Source: the human T2T-CHM13v2.0 reference genome, Homo sapiens. From it: a DNA stretch of 64,000 nt. Of the stretch, positions 16,203 to 29,018 are shown piece after piece; within the stretch, counting starts at the first letter, position 1; the number at the start of each line of letters is the position of its first letter. The position numbers and the translations under genes are program-made. The notes beneath the pieces were generated by a model. That model had not been told where the DNA came from. It saw nothing but the letters and a program-made list of their open reading frames with translations, and searched no databases. The DNA lies in the NCBI RefSeq assembly GCF_009914755.1, contig NC_060935.1. One strand, written 5' to 3'.

Positions 16203-16729
16203 TGATCGAGGTTTTAATTTACAGAGAATCATTGTTAGGGGTTCATTCTTTCTTTTTAAGTGGAATAGACCAGTATAATGAGCTCCCACATATGCATCAA
16301 CCAGCTCCAGTAACCACCACCATGTGGCTAATCCTACCCCACCTACTTTTACCTCTCCTGTATTATTTTGAAGCAAATCTCAGGTATTTTATTTTGTTTA
16401 TAAATATTTCAATAGGTATCTCTAAAAGATAATGATTTTTTAGAAATCTCAAATGCTACTTAATATCAAGGGGATTCTATTGTCTGCATATCACTTTGGG
16501 GAGGGGTTGTCTCTGAAGTGTCTGAAATTATATGCAAATTTTTGTCTGGTTATGCTTGCATGACTAGGTGTAATGCCCCTCCATAGATTCTCAGAGGATC
16601 CAAGAACAATTGGTGTTCATGTTTTCAGGATCATATATCAAATAATGGAGTAGGCAAGTATATCAAGGAAGAGATGTCAGCTCGACAAATAAAAAGACAA
16701 TAATTTATATCACATTTAATCTTTCACAG

Positions 16730-16876
16730 GGTTACATGATGAAAAAGGGCCACAGACGGAAAAACTGGACTGAACGATGGTTTGTACTAAAACCCAACAT
16801 AATTTCTTACTATGTGAGTGAGGATCTGAAGGATAAGAAAGGAGACATTCTCTTGGATGAAAATTGCTGTGTAGAG
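16730..16876 (+). CDS. SWAP70: SWAP70 exon 5, N-terminal part of PH domain (G215-E263)
   Basis: Acceptor ctttcacag|GGT, donor GAG|gtgagt; 147 nt; [20 protein letters not shown] is a typical PH beta1-beta2 phosphoinositide-binding motif. Confidence 0.97.
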
Positions 16877-18019
16877 GTGAGTCTACTCTTACTTCTTTGC
16901 ATGATTACCCCGTGCTGCCCCCTGATGCTGAAGTAGCTTCTCACCTTCTTCCACCTAGACTCTAGAACCTTAAAATAATCCCCAAATTTACATTTCCAAA
17001 ATAATATAGGCATGCAGTTGCCATGGTTTCTGAACCAAAAATTAAACATAGCTGACAAAATTTTTTTCTAATGTGAATTTATTTTCAACCTTCTACTCGT
17101 GAATAAAGTATAAGGATTAAATCATTTATTGGAACATTTAAGGAATCATTTATTGAATAAAATGGAGTCATAAAAGAGATAATAAAGTAAAAAAAAGTTC
17201 AGTAAGACAATATTTGGAATAAAGAATATGCCAGAAAATCTGGGACATTTTGAGTGCAAGAAATAAAAGAAGATGTAAGCATTGTCTTTGAATACTTTGG
17301 GTGACTTTCAGGACACTTTATTCATAGGTACTAATTCTTTAAAGAAGTGAAATTCTCAAGAACATAAATTTTTGAGTTTTTAATTTTTATATGAACTGTC
17401 CCCGTGTCTTTATGTGTTGAAGAACATTTAAATACCTGAAATCTCACACATAAACTATAATGTATTTTAGTGAATAATAATGTCTTGAGATGTGTGATGC
17501 CCATGAAGGAGTCTGCTTAGATTTAACTAAACATGGAGATCTACAAGGTTACCAAAGGCCAGTTTACTCATAAACATATAGGACAGAAACCACGGGTTGC
17601 CAGCCACAACATTCCAAGTGCAAGGAGAGAAAGCCACATTAAGCAGATGTAGGAATCACCCTGGCTTAGGTGCTTCATATCCCATAGGAGTTAATACCTC
17701 TTGTAACATCATCACAGATGTACCTTCCAGGATTCCTGCAAGGGAGGTGCTCAGGATAAGAGCTGCTATACTCAGGAAATCCCAATGTATGGCATCCTAT
17801 CAGGTGTTTATAGTTTTACCAGTCTAGATGTAGTATACCAACTGGGGTCATTTTTACCATAAGTAATGTGCTTAGGAAACAGCATTTGTAAATCAGTAAT
17901 ATGAATTTATAGGTATTTTTCATTGACATTAAGTTTCAGCTCATTTTTATAAATAATTCAAATTGAATTTCATTTAAATACTTAAAATTTTGAGGAACTA
18001 ATTTTGCTTTCTGTTTTAG

Positions 18020-18128
18020 TCCTTGCCTGACAAAGATGGAAAGAAATGCCTTTTTCTCGTAAAATGTTTTGATAAGACTTTTGAAATCAGTGCTTCAGAT
18101 AAGAAGAAGAAACAGGAGTGGATTCAAG
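18020..18128 (+). CDS. SWAP70: SWAP70 exon 6, PH domain ([12 protein letters not shown]...KQEWIQ)
   Basis: Acceptor ctgttttag|TCC, donor CAAG|gtaagg; 109 nt, phase 0/1; contains the conserved PH helix Trp; too short for the ORF track. Confidence 0.96.
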
Positions 18129-18177
18129 GTAAGGTGATTTTTTATTATTTGCCATGATATAACTTGAAAGCTCTGAC

Positions 18178-18468
18178 TTTCTTTTTTTTTTCTGAGACGG
18201 AGTCTTGCTCTGTTGCCCAGGCTGTAGTGCAGTGGTGCTATCTTGGCTTACTGCAACCTCCACCTCCTGGGTTCAAGCAATTATCCTGTCTCAGCCTCCA
18301 GAGTAGCTGGGACTATAGCCACCACACCCAGCTAATGTTTTTGTAATTTTAGTAGAGACGGGGTTTCACCATGTTTGTCACGCTGGTCTCAATCTCCTGA
18401 CCTTGTGATCCACCTGCCTTGGCCTCCCAAAGTGCTGGGATTACAGGCGTGAGCCACTACTCCTGGCC
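18178..18468 (-). mobile_element. AluS, 50 nt downstream of the exon 6 donor
   Basis: TSD agctctgactttc. Confidence 0.9.
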
Positions 18469-18649
18469 GAGAGCTCTGACTTTCTAGTTTTGAATCTCAT
18501 GAAGGATGCTAAGGCGTTACTTCCTCATTGTAGTTATTTTCTGCATGTGATACAGTAGCTGAGAGAAAAACAAATTAAGATGCGCTCTCAAAGTTTTCAT
18601 TAGTTTTATTTGCATAATGAACTTTGGGTAAATTATAAATGGGAGATTT

Positions 18650-19210
18650 ACTTTTTAAATAGATTTTGGGGTTGCAAGTATAGTTCTGCTACAGTGATAT
18701 ATTGTGTAGTGATGAAATCTGGGCTTTTAGTGTAATCATCACTCGCATAGTTGCTGTTAGGTAATTTCTCATCCCTTGCCAGCCTCCTGCCTTCCCACAT
18801 TTCTGAGTCTCCAATGTCTATTATTCCTTGCTGTATGTCCATGTGTACACATATTTTAGTTCCCACTTATAAATAAGAACATGTAGGCCGAGTGCGGTGG
18901 CTCACGCCTGTAATCCCAGCACTTTGGGAGGCAGAGGCGGGTGGATCATGAAGTTGGGAGATCGAGACCATCCTGGCTAACACGGTGAAACCCCGTCTCT
19001 ACTTAAAAAAAAAAAAAAAAAGAACATGTATTTTATGTTCTGTTTATGGGTTATTTCAAGAAATACTTCAAGATAATAGCCTCCAGTTCTATCCATATTG
19101 CTGCAAAAGACATTATTTCATTCTTTTATGACTGAATAGTATTCCAAGGTATATGTGTGTATGCACACACTACAACTGTTGGTGGACACCTGGGTTGATT
19201 CCATATCTTA
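18650..19210 (-). mobile_element. Old primate L1 3' end interrupted by an AluY left monomer (18886-19020)
   Basis: ttagttcccacttat...agaacatg...tccagttctatccatattgctgcaaaagac L1 3'UTR motifs. Confidence 0.8.
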
Positions 19211-19439
19211 GAGATTTTAGGTTTTACTTATTCTTATTATTTGAAGAATATAGAATTTTCCCTTTTAAGGACTGTGAAGAATTTTAAAGTGGCCATCTTG
19301 AGCTTGAGGTAATATGTAAAAGAAAAGAGGAATTATGCAATAGTTTTTTAATACTTCAAGTGATTTTCAAGATCCATTACTTCCACAAGAAATCACTAGT
19401 TTTGGGTAACTCAGGAACACAAACTTTTGAATTAATAAC

Positions 19440-19810
19440 CTTTAAAAAAAATTTCAACTTTTATTTTAGATTCAGGGGTACATGTGCAGGTCTGTTACAT
19501 GGGTATATGTGTAATGCCGAAGTTTGGGGTATGATTGAATCTATCACCCAGGAAGTGAGCATTGTACCCAACAGCTAGAGTTTTCCAACCTCTTCCCCCG
19601 TCTCTACCTCCCGTCCCAGTAGTCCCTAGTGTCTGCTGTTGCCACTTTTATGTCCATGAGTACCCAGTTTTTAGCTCCCACTTATTAGTGAGAACATTCA
19701 TTATTTGGTTTTCTGTTCTGCGTTAATTTGCTTAGCATAGTGGCCTCTAGCTGCATCCATGTTGCTGCAGAAGACATGATTTTGTTCTTTTTTATGGCTC
19801 CGTAGTGAAT
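19440..19810 (-). mobile_element. Old L1PA/L1PB 3' end
   Basis: ggggtacatgtgcaggt...ttagctcccactta...ctgcatccatgttgctgca. Confidence 0.8.
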
Positions 19811-21200
19811 GAATAACTTTAAAGTGTTCCATTATTCCAAAATTGGTAAAGAATAAAATGCAATATAAGAGGGCTTTTTAAAAAAAATCCTGAAAGGAGA
19901 TTCTGAATATTATATTCTTAGACGTAGATAAAATTATGTTATATTGGAGAATGTAGTCATTTTTGATGTGGTTTAAGAGTTCGAGGCAAATGCACCTGGT
20001 TTGAATGCTCTTTCCTGGGTCTCTTGGGTTGAGTTATAAATTCTGTAACTGCTTTTCTCTTCTGTGGAGTGGGGATAATAATAGTGCATTCTTCCCAGGG
20101 TTGTGGTGAGGATTAGAAAATAGATAATGACAGATATACTCACACATTTTTCAAAATGACATAGATTGCAAACAATCTAGCTATCTATTAATAGGGAAAT
20201 GGTTGAATAAGTTATGGTTTAGCTGCACAGTGGTGTACCATGCAGTACTTCATGTATAGTACTTTTGGTGTGCCATGCAGTACTTTATGTATAGTACTTT
20301 ATGTATTGCTACTGGGAACTGTGAGATAGATTAAATAAAAAAAACTGAGGGTCAGAAGAGTGTGTTGTGCCACTGTTTGTGTGAAAAGAAGGTGGAAGAC
20401 ATATATACATACTTATTTGTATAGGCTTATACTATCTCAGGAAAGATGCATAAAAACTGTTAGCATTAGTTGCTAGTGGGGAGGGGAATCTAGTACTTGA
20501 GGGACAGGAGTAGGAGGGAGACTTTCCTGTGTGTCTTTTGAATTTGAATAATGTGAAAGTGTTAGCTATTCAAGAAATTACATTTAAGTAATTTAAAATA
20601 TCAAAAGAAAAATCAGATGTTGTATAACAGTTAGATAATGCATGTAAAGGATGTATTTATTTTATTTTTAAAATAAATGACAGCTGCTGTTACCTGTTAT
20701 CTCAGGAAGGGGTTGCATAAGGCATAGATGATAGGCCAACTAAACACAGTAGGTTGCAAATTAGATATCAGAAATTTGAATCTCTGTCCTTACTGTGTCT
20801 TAATCTTGTTTGGCTTTTTGAAAAGTATAGAGAAAGGAGTCGAAAGTATTGTCATTAGTTCTTAAAAATGTGTGCAATATTCCCAGATCGAGTGTTTCTG
20901 AGCACAGATACAGTTAACAGAATTTTGGAGCGAGAAAGGACTTTATAGATCATCTCTCTCATTTTAAAGATGTGGAAACTGATGCTGCAAGAGGTTATTT
21001 CTTGAGGGGAGCTCTGAAAAAAAACCAAGAGGTTATGTGACTGCTCAGGGTCACACCACTATGGAGTGACAAAATCAGAATCTACACTGGGCCTTCTGGC
21101 TCCCTGTCTCATTTTCTTCCCACTGTGCCATTTGCATAGTAGGCTTACAAAGAATAAATAATATCTCCCCATTTTTTTTTTCCTCCTACACCTTTTACAG

Positions 21201-21382
21201 CCATTCATTCTACTATTCATCTGTTGAAGCTGGGCAGCCCTCCACCACACAAAGAAGCCCGCCAGCGTCGGAAAGAACTCCGGAAGAAGCAGCTGGCTGA
21301 ACAAGAGGAACTGGAGCGACAAATGAAGGAACTCCAGGCCGCCAATGAAAGCAAGCAGCAGGAGCTGGAGGCCGTGCGGAAG
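21201..21382 (+). CDS. SWAP70: SWAP70 exon 7 ([30 protein letters not shown]...EAVRK)
   Basis: Acceptor ccttttacag|CC, donor AAG|gtggga; 182 nt, phase 1/0. Confidence 0.97.
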
Positions 21383-22628
21383 GTGGGAATGGGCGCTGGG
21401 CTGGGAGAGGGCCCTTCATTCCCCTGCAGAAGCCATCGTGCCTTGCTTAGGGGTGTTGGTTCTACCAAGATGAATGTAGTGCAGTTTTAGGGAGATACTT
21501 GTGGTGAACTGTTCTCAGAAGTGTTTCCAGACCATCAAGTGAGACATACTGGTTTTCCTAGCCCTGAAACTATGTTGATCTCGGCAGCAAAAACATTTCA
21601 TTGGCTAGGAAGGAATATTTTAAATAATAATGAGCACAGTTGAATTTCGTCAGAAGAAGATGGGAAATTTCATTCCCTTGAGGGTGTCAAGGCTGTTCTT
21701 ACTGGCCTGGACAAGGTGTGTTGCTTTTTAGTTTTCTCCTTAGCTCCCATCTTCACTCATGAGTACCTTGGAAGACCCTTACTTTAGAACTGTTAGTTTT
21801 ACCTACTGTTTGGAGTTAAAGATACAGTCTGGGTCAGCTTTTCCTTCCATCTCAAGATTAGGAGGTCAAGTACCATATGCTATATGAGATAGTTGATGTT
21901 CACTGGGAACACTTCCTCGGTTATGTCGTGATCCCAGGGGTGGTAGTGAGTCCCCAGTATATGGATATGGTCTTTATTTGAGACACTTTTGGGCTGAGTC
22001 TGTCTGCCTTGAATCAATGAGCACTTGCTAACCACAAGCTCAAGGACTCTTTCATGCACATCTGTGCAAAAACTTTGCTCTGGGATATGGGGGTGGCTCA
22101 TAATCTGTGACTCTACATACCTAGTGGGGTTCTCCCTTGGTAACCCGTAGAAATGCCACATTGTGTGCTGAACTTCCTCTGAGTAGAGTAGACTCATGAA
22201 GATTTTTAAGAATGCTTTTATAATCTTAGGAACTGCATGGGCATATATATAATCTTAGAAAAAGTTATTACTATCACACACTTACTTTCTAAAAGCAGCT
22301 CCTCATTTCTTACTGCCTCCCACCCTTGAAACAGTCTTGCATCTTGCCTCTTTCTGCTGCAATATATTTTCTGTAAAAATTTCCCTTTAAAGGTTACGCT
22401 GAGCACCTGCCGTATGTGATTGCTGCTGCTTCCTTCCACTGTGCACACATCAAAAGTGGGTGTTATGAGGGAATGGTGGGGAGCTAGAACTTGGTGTCCT
22501 TTTTTATAATTTTAAAATTATAAAATAGCTCGTACCTGTAGAGGAGAATATGAAATATGTATATACAAATAATCATACAGTGAATACCCATGAAAATACT
22601 ACCCAGGTTAAGATAGATTATTGCCAAT

Positions 22629-22860
22629 ACAGGTTGAGTATCCCTTATCCGAAATGCTTATGACCCAAAGTGTTTCAGATTTGGGATTTTTTTGGATTTT
22701 GGAATGTTTACATTATATACTGTATTTACCAGTTGAGATCCTCTTGCCTTAGCCTCCCAAATCCAAAAGTCTGAAATTGGAAATGCTTCAATGAGCATTT
22801 CCTTTGAGCATTATGTCAGAGCTCAAAAAGTTTTGGATTTTGGAGCATTTTATATTCTTT
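22629..22860. mobile_element. Tigger4a-like (Zombi) TcMar MITE
   Basis: ta|caggttgagtatcccttatccgaaatgctt...atgagcatttcctttgagc...aaaaagttttggattttggagcattt. Confidence 0.75.
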
Positions 22861-23317
22861 ATTCAGGTCTTTCCCTCATCCCTAACCCCTGGAAACCACT
22901 GATCAATTCTCTGTTCCTGTATTTTTGCCTTTTCCAAATTGTCATATAAATGGAATCATACAGAATGTACATTTTAAGACCGCATTCTTTGACTTAGCAT
23001 TGTACATTTGAGATTCATACATTGATGCCCTTTTTAACTTTTAAACTCTGCCTTCCAGGAGCATGTAGTGTTCTGCTCTGTATAATGTGAAGAAGGCATG
23101 CCTGGTGTTAGCAAGCTGTAGACCTATGTAGACAGCTTTCCCACTACCTAGGTTTATAGAATTATTTAAAAGACTGATTTAGGATTCTTGGATAAGTGCT
23201 GAAAAATTCTTATAGATCGCTTAGTAATCTTTGATTTTCTTGTCAATAAACACAGTTCTCCAATTTTTTCATGGAGGCATTCTTAGAAAAAAACAGCTTA
23301 GATGAATATTTAATTAA

Positions 23318-23597
23318 ATTTATTTATTTTGAGACAGGGTCCCGCTCTGTTGTTCAGGCTGGAGTGCAGTGGTGCCATGCTCACTCCCCTGCTCAAGACA
23401 TCTTCTTGCCTCAATATCTCAAGTAGCTGGGACTACAGGTGTGCACCACCATACCTGGCTAATTTTTTTGTATTTTTAATAGAAATGAGGTTTTGCCATG
23501 TTGCCCAGGCTAGTCTCAAACTCCTGGGTTCAAGCAATCCACCCACTTCAGCCTCCCAAAGTGCTGGGATTACAGGAATGAGGCACCATGCCCAGCT
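23318..23597 (-). mobile_element. AluJ
   Basis: Diverged dimer. Confidence 0.85.
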
Positions 23598-24399
23598 GAA
23601 TCTTTTAATCATCTGGAATTAGGTTACATATCTGTGGGTTTCTTAAAATTTGACAGGCCTCATTTTAATTAGAAGAAGGAATAAGAAATCATGGTAGTTT
23701 TTATAAATTAATAGATTTACTTAAAGAATTTACTTAAATTTTTATTTCTACTTTTGTTTCTTTTAAAAAATATAATCATTTGGGTAGGTTCAAAAATATA
23801 CAAATATAAAAAGGCAGCTGTGAAAGATTTTCTCCCCCTCCCCCACTTACGAATTTCCACCCCTTGCCCAAGGTAAGGAAATATGAATATACATTCTTAT
23901 TTTCCCATTTGTTAAACACACAAAAGTATATACTAGTGTCACTGTTCTGCCTCCAGTTTATTTCACTTAATATATTTTTTAGATCTTTTCATATCAGTAT
24001 AAAGAGAGTTACCTCATTCTTTTTTATGGCTGTAGAATATTCTGTTATACAACTGTGTCATTACTTAGTCATTCCCTGTTAGTGAACATTTGGGTTGTGT
24101 TAATCTTTTGTTTTAATAGGTAATGCTGTAGGGAATAATCTTGTACCTGTGTCATTGTATATGTGTTCATACATGTTCTGATATCTCTAGGGAATGAATT
24201 CTCAGAAGTGGGAATGCTGGGTCAAAGTGTGTAATTATGAAATCCGGGCTGATGGACCAGCCGCCATCTTGAGTGTTGCTATTCACTGTGCCGGAAGAAA
24301 AAGTGTTCTAGGGTTTGGCAATGCGGTGCTCCAGCCTAGAAATGTCACACTGTACTTCTATTGATAATATCTTGGTGAGAACTAGTCAGAACTTTCTGA

Positions 24400-26200
24400 T
24401 GAGTAGTCAGCTGTCAAGCTTGCAGGAGTTCCCTTGTGTGTGGTAAATCATTTTTCTTTTTCTGCTTTTAAGATTATTTTTTGGTCTTTGTCTTTCAACA
24501 GTTTTACTGTGGTGTATGTGGGTGTAGATCTCTTTGTGTTTATCCTGTTTAGAGTGTATTGAACTTGAATATGTAGATTAATGTTTTGCCTTAAGCTGGA
24601 TAAGTTTTCAGCCACAAATATTTTTTCTACTTTTTTTTCCCTCTTCTGATACTTTCGTTATGCAAATGTTGGTGCACATAATGGTGTCCCACATTTCTCT
24701 AAGGCTGTGTTCATTTTTCTTCTTTTTTATTTTCTGTTTTCCAGTTGCATAATTTCTATAGATCTGTCTTTAGTAGATTTTTCTTGTAGCCCAAATATAC
24801 TGTTGAGTCCCTCTAGTGAATTTTTCGTTTCAGTTATGGGACTTTTTACTTCCAGAATTTCCATTTGGTTTTTTCTGTGATTTATATCTCTTTATTATTC
24901 TCTATTTTATGGTATATTGTCATTCCTTCCATTACTTCTCTAAGTATGGTTTCCTTTAGTTATTTGAGCATAAAATATTTATAACTGCTTTGAAGTCTTC
25001 ATATGCTAAATCCACCATCTGGGCCTCTTCAAAGGCAGTTTCCGTTGCCTGCTTTTTCCCTGTATATGGGCCATACTTTCCTTTTTCTTTGCATGTCTCA
25101 TAATTTCTTGTAGAAAACTAGACATTTTAGATAATGTGTGGTAGCAACTCTGGATTCTGATTCCACCCCTCTCCCCAGAGGCCTGCTGTTGTTTGCTCCT
25201 TTATTTGTTTAGTGACTTGGCTGGACTATTTCAGTGAAGTTTGTTTTCCTCACAGTGTGAAGCTTCTGACTGTTGCTCCTCAGAGGCACAGGCTTGGACA
25301 GGAACACAGTCACCCTGCGAAGACCCTGATTTTTGCAGGGCTCTCTTTGAGTGTCTTTCTCTGATCTCTCATTTAAGCTTTCCACCTCTGTTGGTACCAC
25401 ACCAACAGCTGTTAGAGTTCACTAATTTTGTTCTGTTGTTCTCCATAATGCCCTGGAACCTGAATTGCCTCACAGTCTGAGATCATTTAAATTCAGGCCT
25501 ACATGTAGTCTTTAAGGTCAGTCTTTGAGACTTGTTCCTACTACATGAGAACTCTTCTTAGCTGTCTCTTTCTCTGGTTCTGTCTGTCAGACGTTTGGCT
25601 GGTCTGGAAGAGCAGTGGCTCACACCTGTTAATCACTTTGGGAGGACAGGGTGGGAGGATCACTTGAGGCCAGGAATTTGAGACCAGCCTGGGCAACATA
25701 GCGAGACCTCATAGCAGTCAACCAACAAACCAACAACACTTTTAGCTGGTCCGTGTGTTAGTGTGTTGTTCTCATGGAGCTTCTGGCCTCCTCTTAATTC
25801 TCAGCCACTCTTGCCTGGAATAAAGTTTCTGCAACATGCAGCTGGGGACAAAGAGAAATTCTGGCAGCCAGCCTGCCCCTCCCAGGAAGGTATCATAGCC
25901 CTAGGCTTGAGCTGAGGGGAGGGGAACCCTTGTTTGGGGTTCCATCTGCCAGGAGAAGAGCTTTCTTCTCACTGACACTGTGGGGGTGGGGAGGGAGTGC
26001 ATCATATGCCACAGACCCTCACGATTCTTACTGAGAGTTAGATTTTCTTAGATAAATGTTCTCCATTTTAGAATGTCCTTAGCATAATTTCTAGAGACTT
26101 TTAAAGGTTTTGTTTTTTTAACAATAATTTTCACCAGTTATGGTTGTTTTGTTGGGGAAAGGGTCTGTGGAGCTCCTTATGCCACCCTTCTAGAAATTGG
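24400..26200 (-). mobile_element. Old L1M fragments with a FLAM-like Alu monomer (~25605-25740)
   Basis: T-rich, L1-antisense-like composition and motifs; boundaries approximate. Confidence 0.55.
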
Positions 26201-26288
26201 TTCTGGTAAAAGTTATAATGAATAATGTATAAGATGAAAAAACTGTACAGAAAGAGCTCAAGAAATAGCTCTCAAATCTCATGAATGT

Positions 26289-26623
<335 letters not shown>

Positions 26624-26885
26624 TCAATGACTGTACTAAAACTTTCTTTGCAAAATGTTGTTCAGGCTTATCAATAGTCTTTCATTTACCTAATTTATTT
26701 TGTATGTTGATTCAGCAGATCGTTAGACTGGAACTCTAATGGAGCTAAAAGTTTTTATTCTATTATCTTTATTGAATGTTAAGAATGTTTGGCTTTTCCT
26801 GTACTTAAGTATGACTGTCTCTCTCTCTTTAATGTACTGCTACTCTAACACCTGCTTTTCTGTGGATGGGTTTTTGATTGGCTAG

Positions 26886-26993
26886 AAACTGGAGGAAGCA
26901 GCATCTCGTGCAGCAGAAGAGGAAAAGAAACGCCTTCAGACTCAAGTGGAACTTCAGGCCAGGTTCAGCACAGAGCTGGAAAGAGAGAAGCTT
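26886..26993 (+). CDS. SWAP70: SWAP70 exon 8 ([36 protein letters not shown])
   Basis: Acceptor ggctag|AAA, donor CTT|gtgagt; 108 nt, phase 0/0; coiled coil. Confidence 0.95.
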
Positions 26994-27258
26994 GTGAGTA
27001 TCACATGGCTGGAGAAAGCAGCTGCAGTAGCTCAGCCTGGGTCAGTGGGAACAGGGAAGGGCTGGAGGCTACAGTGAGGCATGTCATCAGCTTGGCTTTG
27101 CTACTGACCTGGAATGGGCTGTAGGGGAAGTTGCATGTTTGTTCATTCATTAATTATCTGTTTATTGAACACCTTCTATGTGCCAGGCAGTGTGCCAAAG
27201 ATGTAATGGCAAAAGACATAAACCTTGTTTTCAAGACTCCTAAGTGGAAATTTATGGA

Positions 27259-27550
27259 GCCAGGCATGGTGGCCCACTCCTGTAATCCCAGCACTTTGGG
27301 AGGCCAAGGCATGAGAATTGCTTGAGCCCAGGAGTTCAAGACCAGCCTGGGCAATATCTACAAAAAAAAAAAAAAAAAAGAATTAGCCAGGCCTGTTGGT
27401 ACATGCCTGTAGTTCCAGCTACTTAGGAGGCTGAGGTGGGAGGATTGCTTGAGCCCAGGAGTTCAAGGCTACTGTGAGCTGTGATTTTGCCACTGCACTC
27501 CAGCCTGGGTGACAGAGCAAGGCCCTGTCTCCAAAAAAGAAAAAAAAAGA
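27259..27550 (+). mobile_element. AluJ
   Basis: Dimer with expanded middle A tract. Confidence 0.88.
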
Positions 27551-27582
27551 AATTTGTGGAATGATGTGATAAATGCTTGGTT

Positions 27583-27698
27583 AGGGTGACTATATTTCCT
27601 GGTTTGCCTGGGAGAGTCCCTGCCATTCTGGTATAATTATTAATAACATTCCTTTTCATTCTCAAAACAGTTCTGATTTGGAAAATAAATAGTTATGG
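27583..27698. mobile_element. MER94-like hAT-Blackjack MITE
   Basis: tagggtgac...cctggtttgcctggga...taattattaata...cttttcattctcaaaa. Confidence 0.65.
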
Positions 27699-28851
27699 AA
27701 AAAGTAAGCATAGGTTCCATGGTATATCTCCTCTGTAATAAGCAAGGATGGCGGGGGTGAGATCCTGAAATTGTGAGAACATCTAGAGTCTGATTTGTTG
27801 CTCTTGGCAGCTCCGGTTCATCCTAGAGGCTTCCATCTTCAAGAGACCCAAGATCCAGGTTGTCTTAGGTAGTTAGCTGGTTAGCTGGAACACAGGTCTT
27901 CTCACATTGAGTGATACTCTGTCAGAGAGTGCTAAGCCCAGTGCCTAAATAGATGCATGTGACATTTCCTCTAGTCACTTTTTGTTATTTAGAGTTGAAA
28001 GAGATGTGTTTGTGGTTCAGAGAAAAGAGGAAGGCAAATGTGATGTAGAGAAACAGCCAGAATGTCTGGTCTTGTTTCCTCTCTGGTCCTTCTTACTGAA
28101 CATTGGCTTTTTCTTCTTTAAGTTCAGGATTATCACATGCTCTCTCATGACTCTTCTGAAGACAGAGTGAGCTAATGCAAGTGAAAATATTTTATCAACT
28201 GCAGAGAAATAGGCTAATGTGTTTGTTATATTTAGGATGTTCTTGTCTTGTAATTTTTAAGGCAGGGATTCAAAACTCTGTAATCCAGAAGGGAAAAACC
28301 ATTAACGTATACAGATTAACTGAAATGCTTGAGTTCCTCTAGGGCTGGAGGTGCCCCAGGGAGTGGAGACAGCCAGGGAAGTGTGGGAGGAATCCCATGC
28401 TGGATGACCTTTCCTTCTTCTTTAGTGTAACACTAAAGAAGACTGGGAAAAGGTTCGTTTGCTCTGACTGGGAAAAGGTTCGTTCCTTTTAGAGAAGACC
28501 CTATTGGTAAAAAGATTGTGACTTTAAGACAGAAAGGAATTTAGAGAGAAATTACACAAGGAAACATTTTTTTCTTGACTTGAGTCTTAAAATGTGGAGT
28601 GGAAGGGATGGAAAATACAGCAGGGCAGAACATAATTTGGGTTATAATTTGCTCTTCCCAGACTCTTTCACTATTGCGATTGGGTGTGGTACCCTCATCT
28701 CCTCCATCTTTAAGTTCAAGGATTGAAGGACAGGGTCCTGCCACCCTGATGGGCTGAGGCTGCAGCTGTGGGCAACCCCTCAGGTGGAGGTGAGGCTTTC
28801 CCTGAGAAAGAAGTCAACCTGCATTTAAACAAGACCCTTTTATACCAACAG

Positions 28852-29018
28852 ATCAGACAGCAGATGGAAGAACAGGTTGCTCAAAAGTCCTCTGAACTGG
28901 AACAGTATTTACAGCGAGTACGGGAGCTGGAAGACATGTACCTAAAGCTGCAGGAGGCTCTTGAAGATGAGAGACAGGCCCGGCAAGATGAAGAGACAGT
29001 GCGGAAGCTTCAGGCCAG
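28852..29018 (+). CDS. SWAP70: SWAP70 exon 9 ([19 protein letters not shown]...RKLQAR)
   Basis: Acceptor ccaacag|ATC, donor CAG|gtgcca; 167 nt, phase 0/2. Confidence 0.96.
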
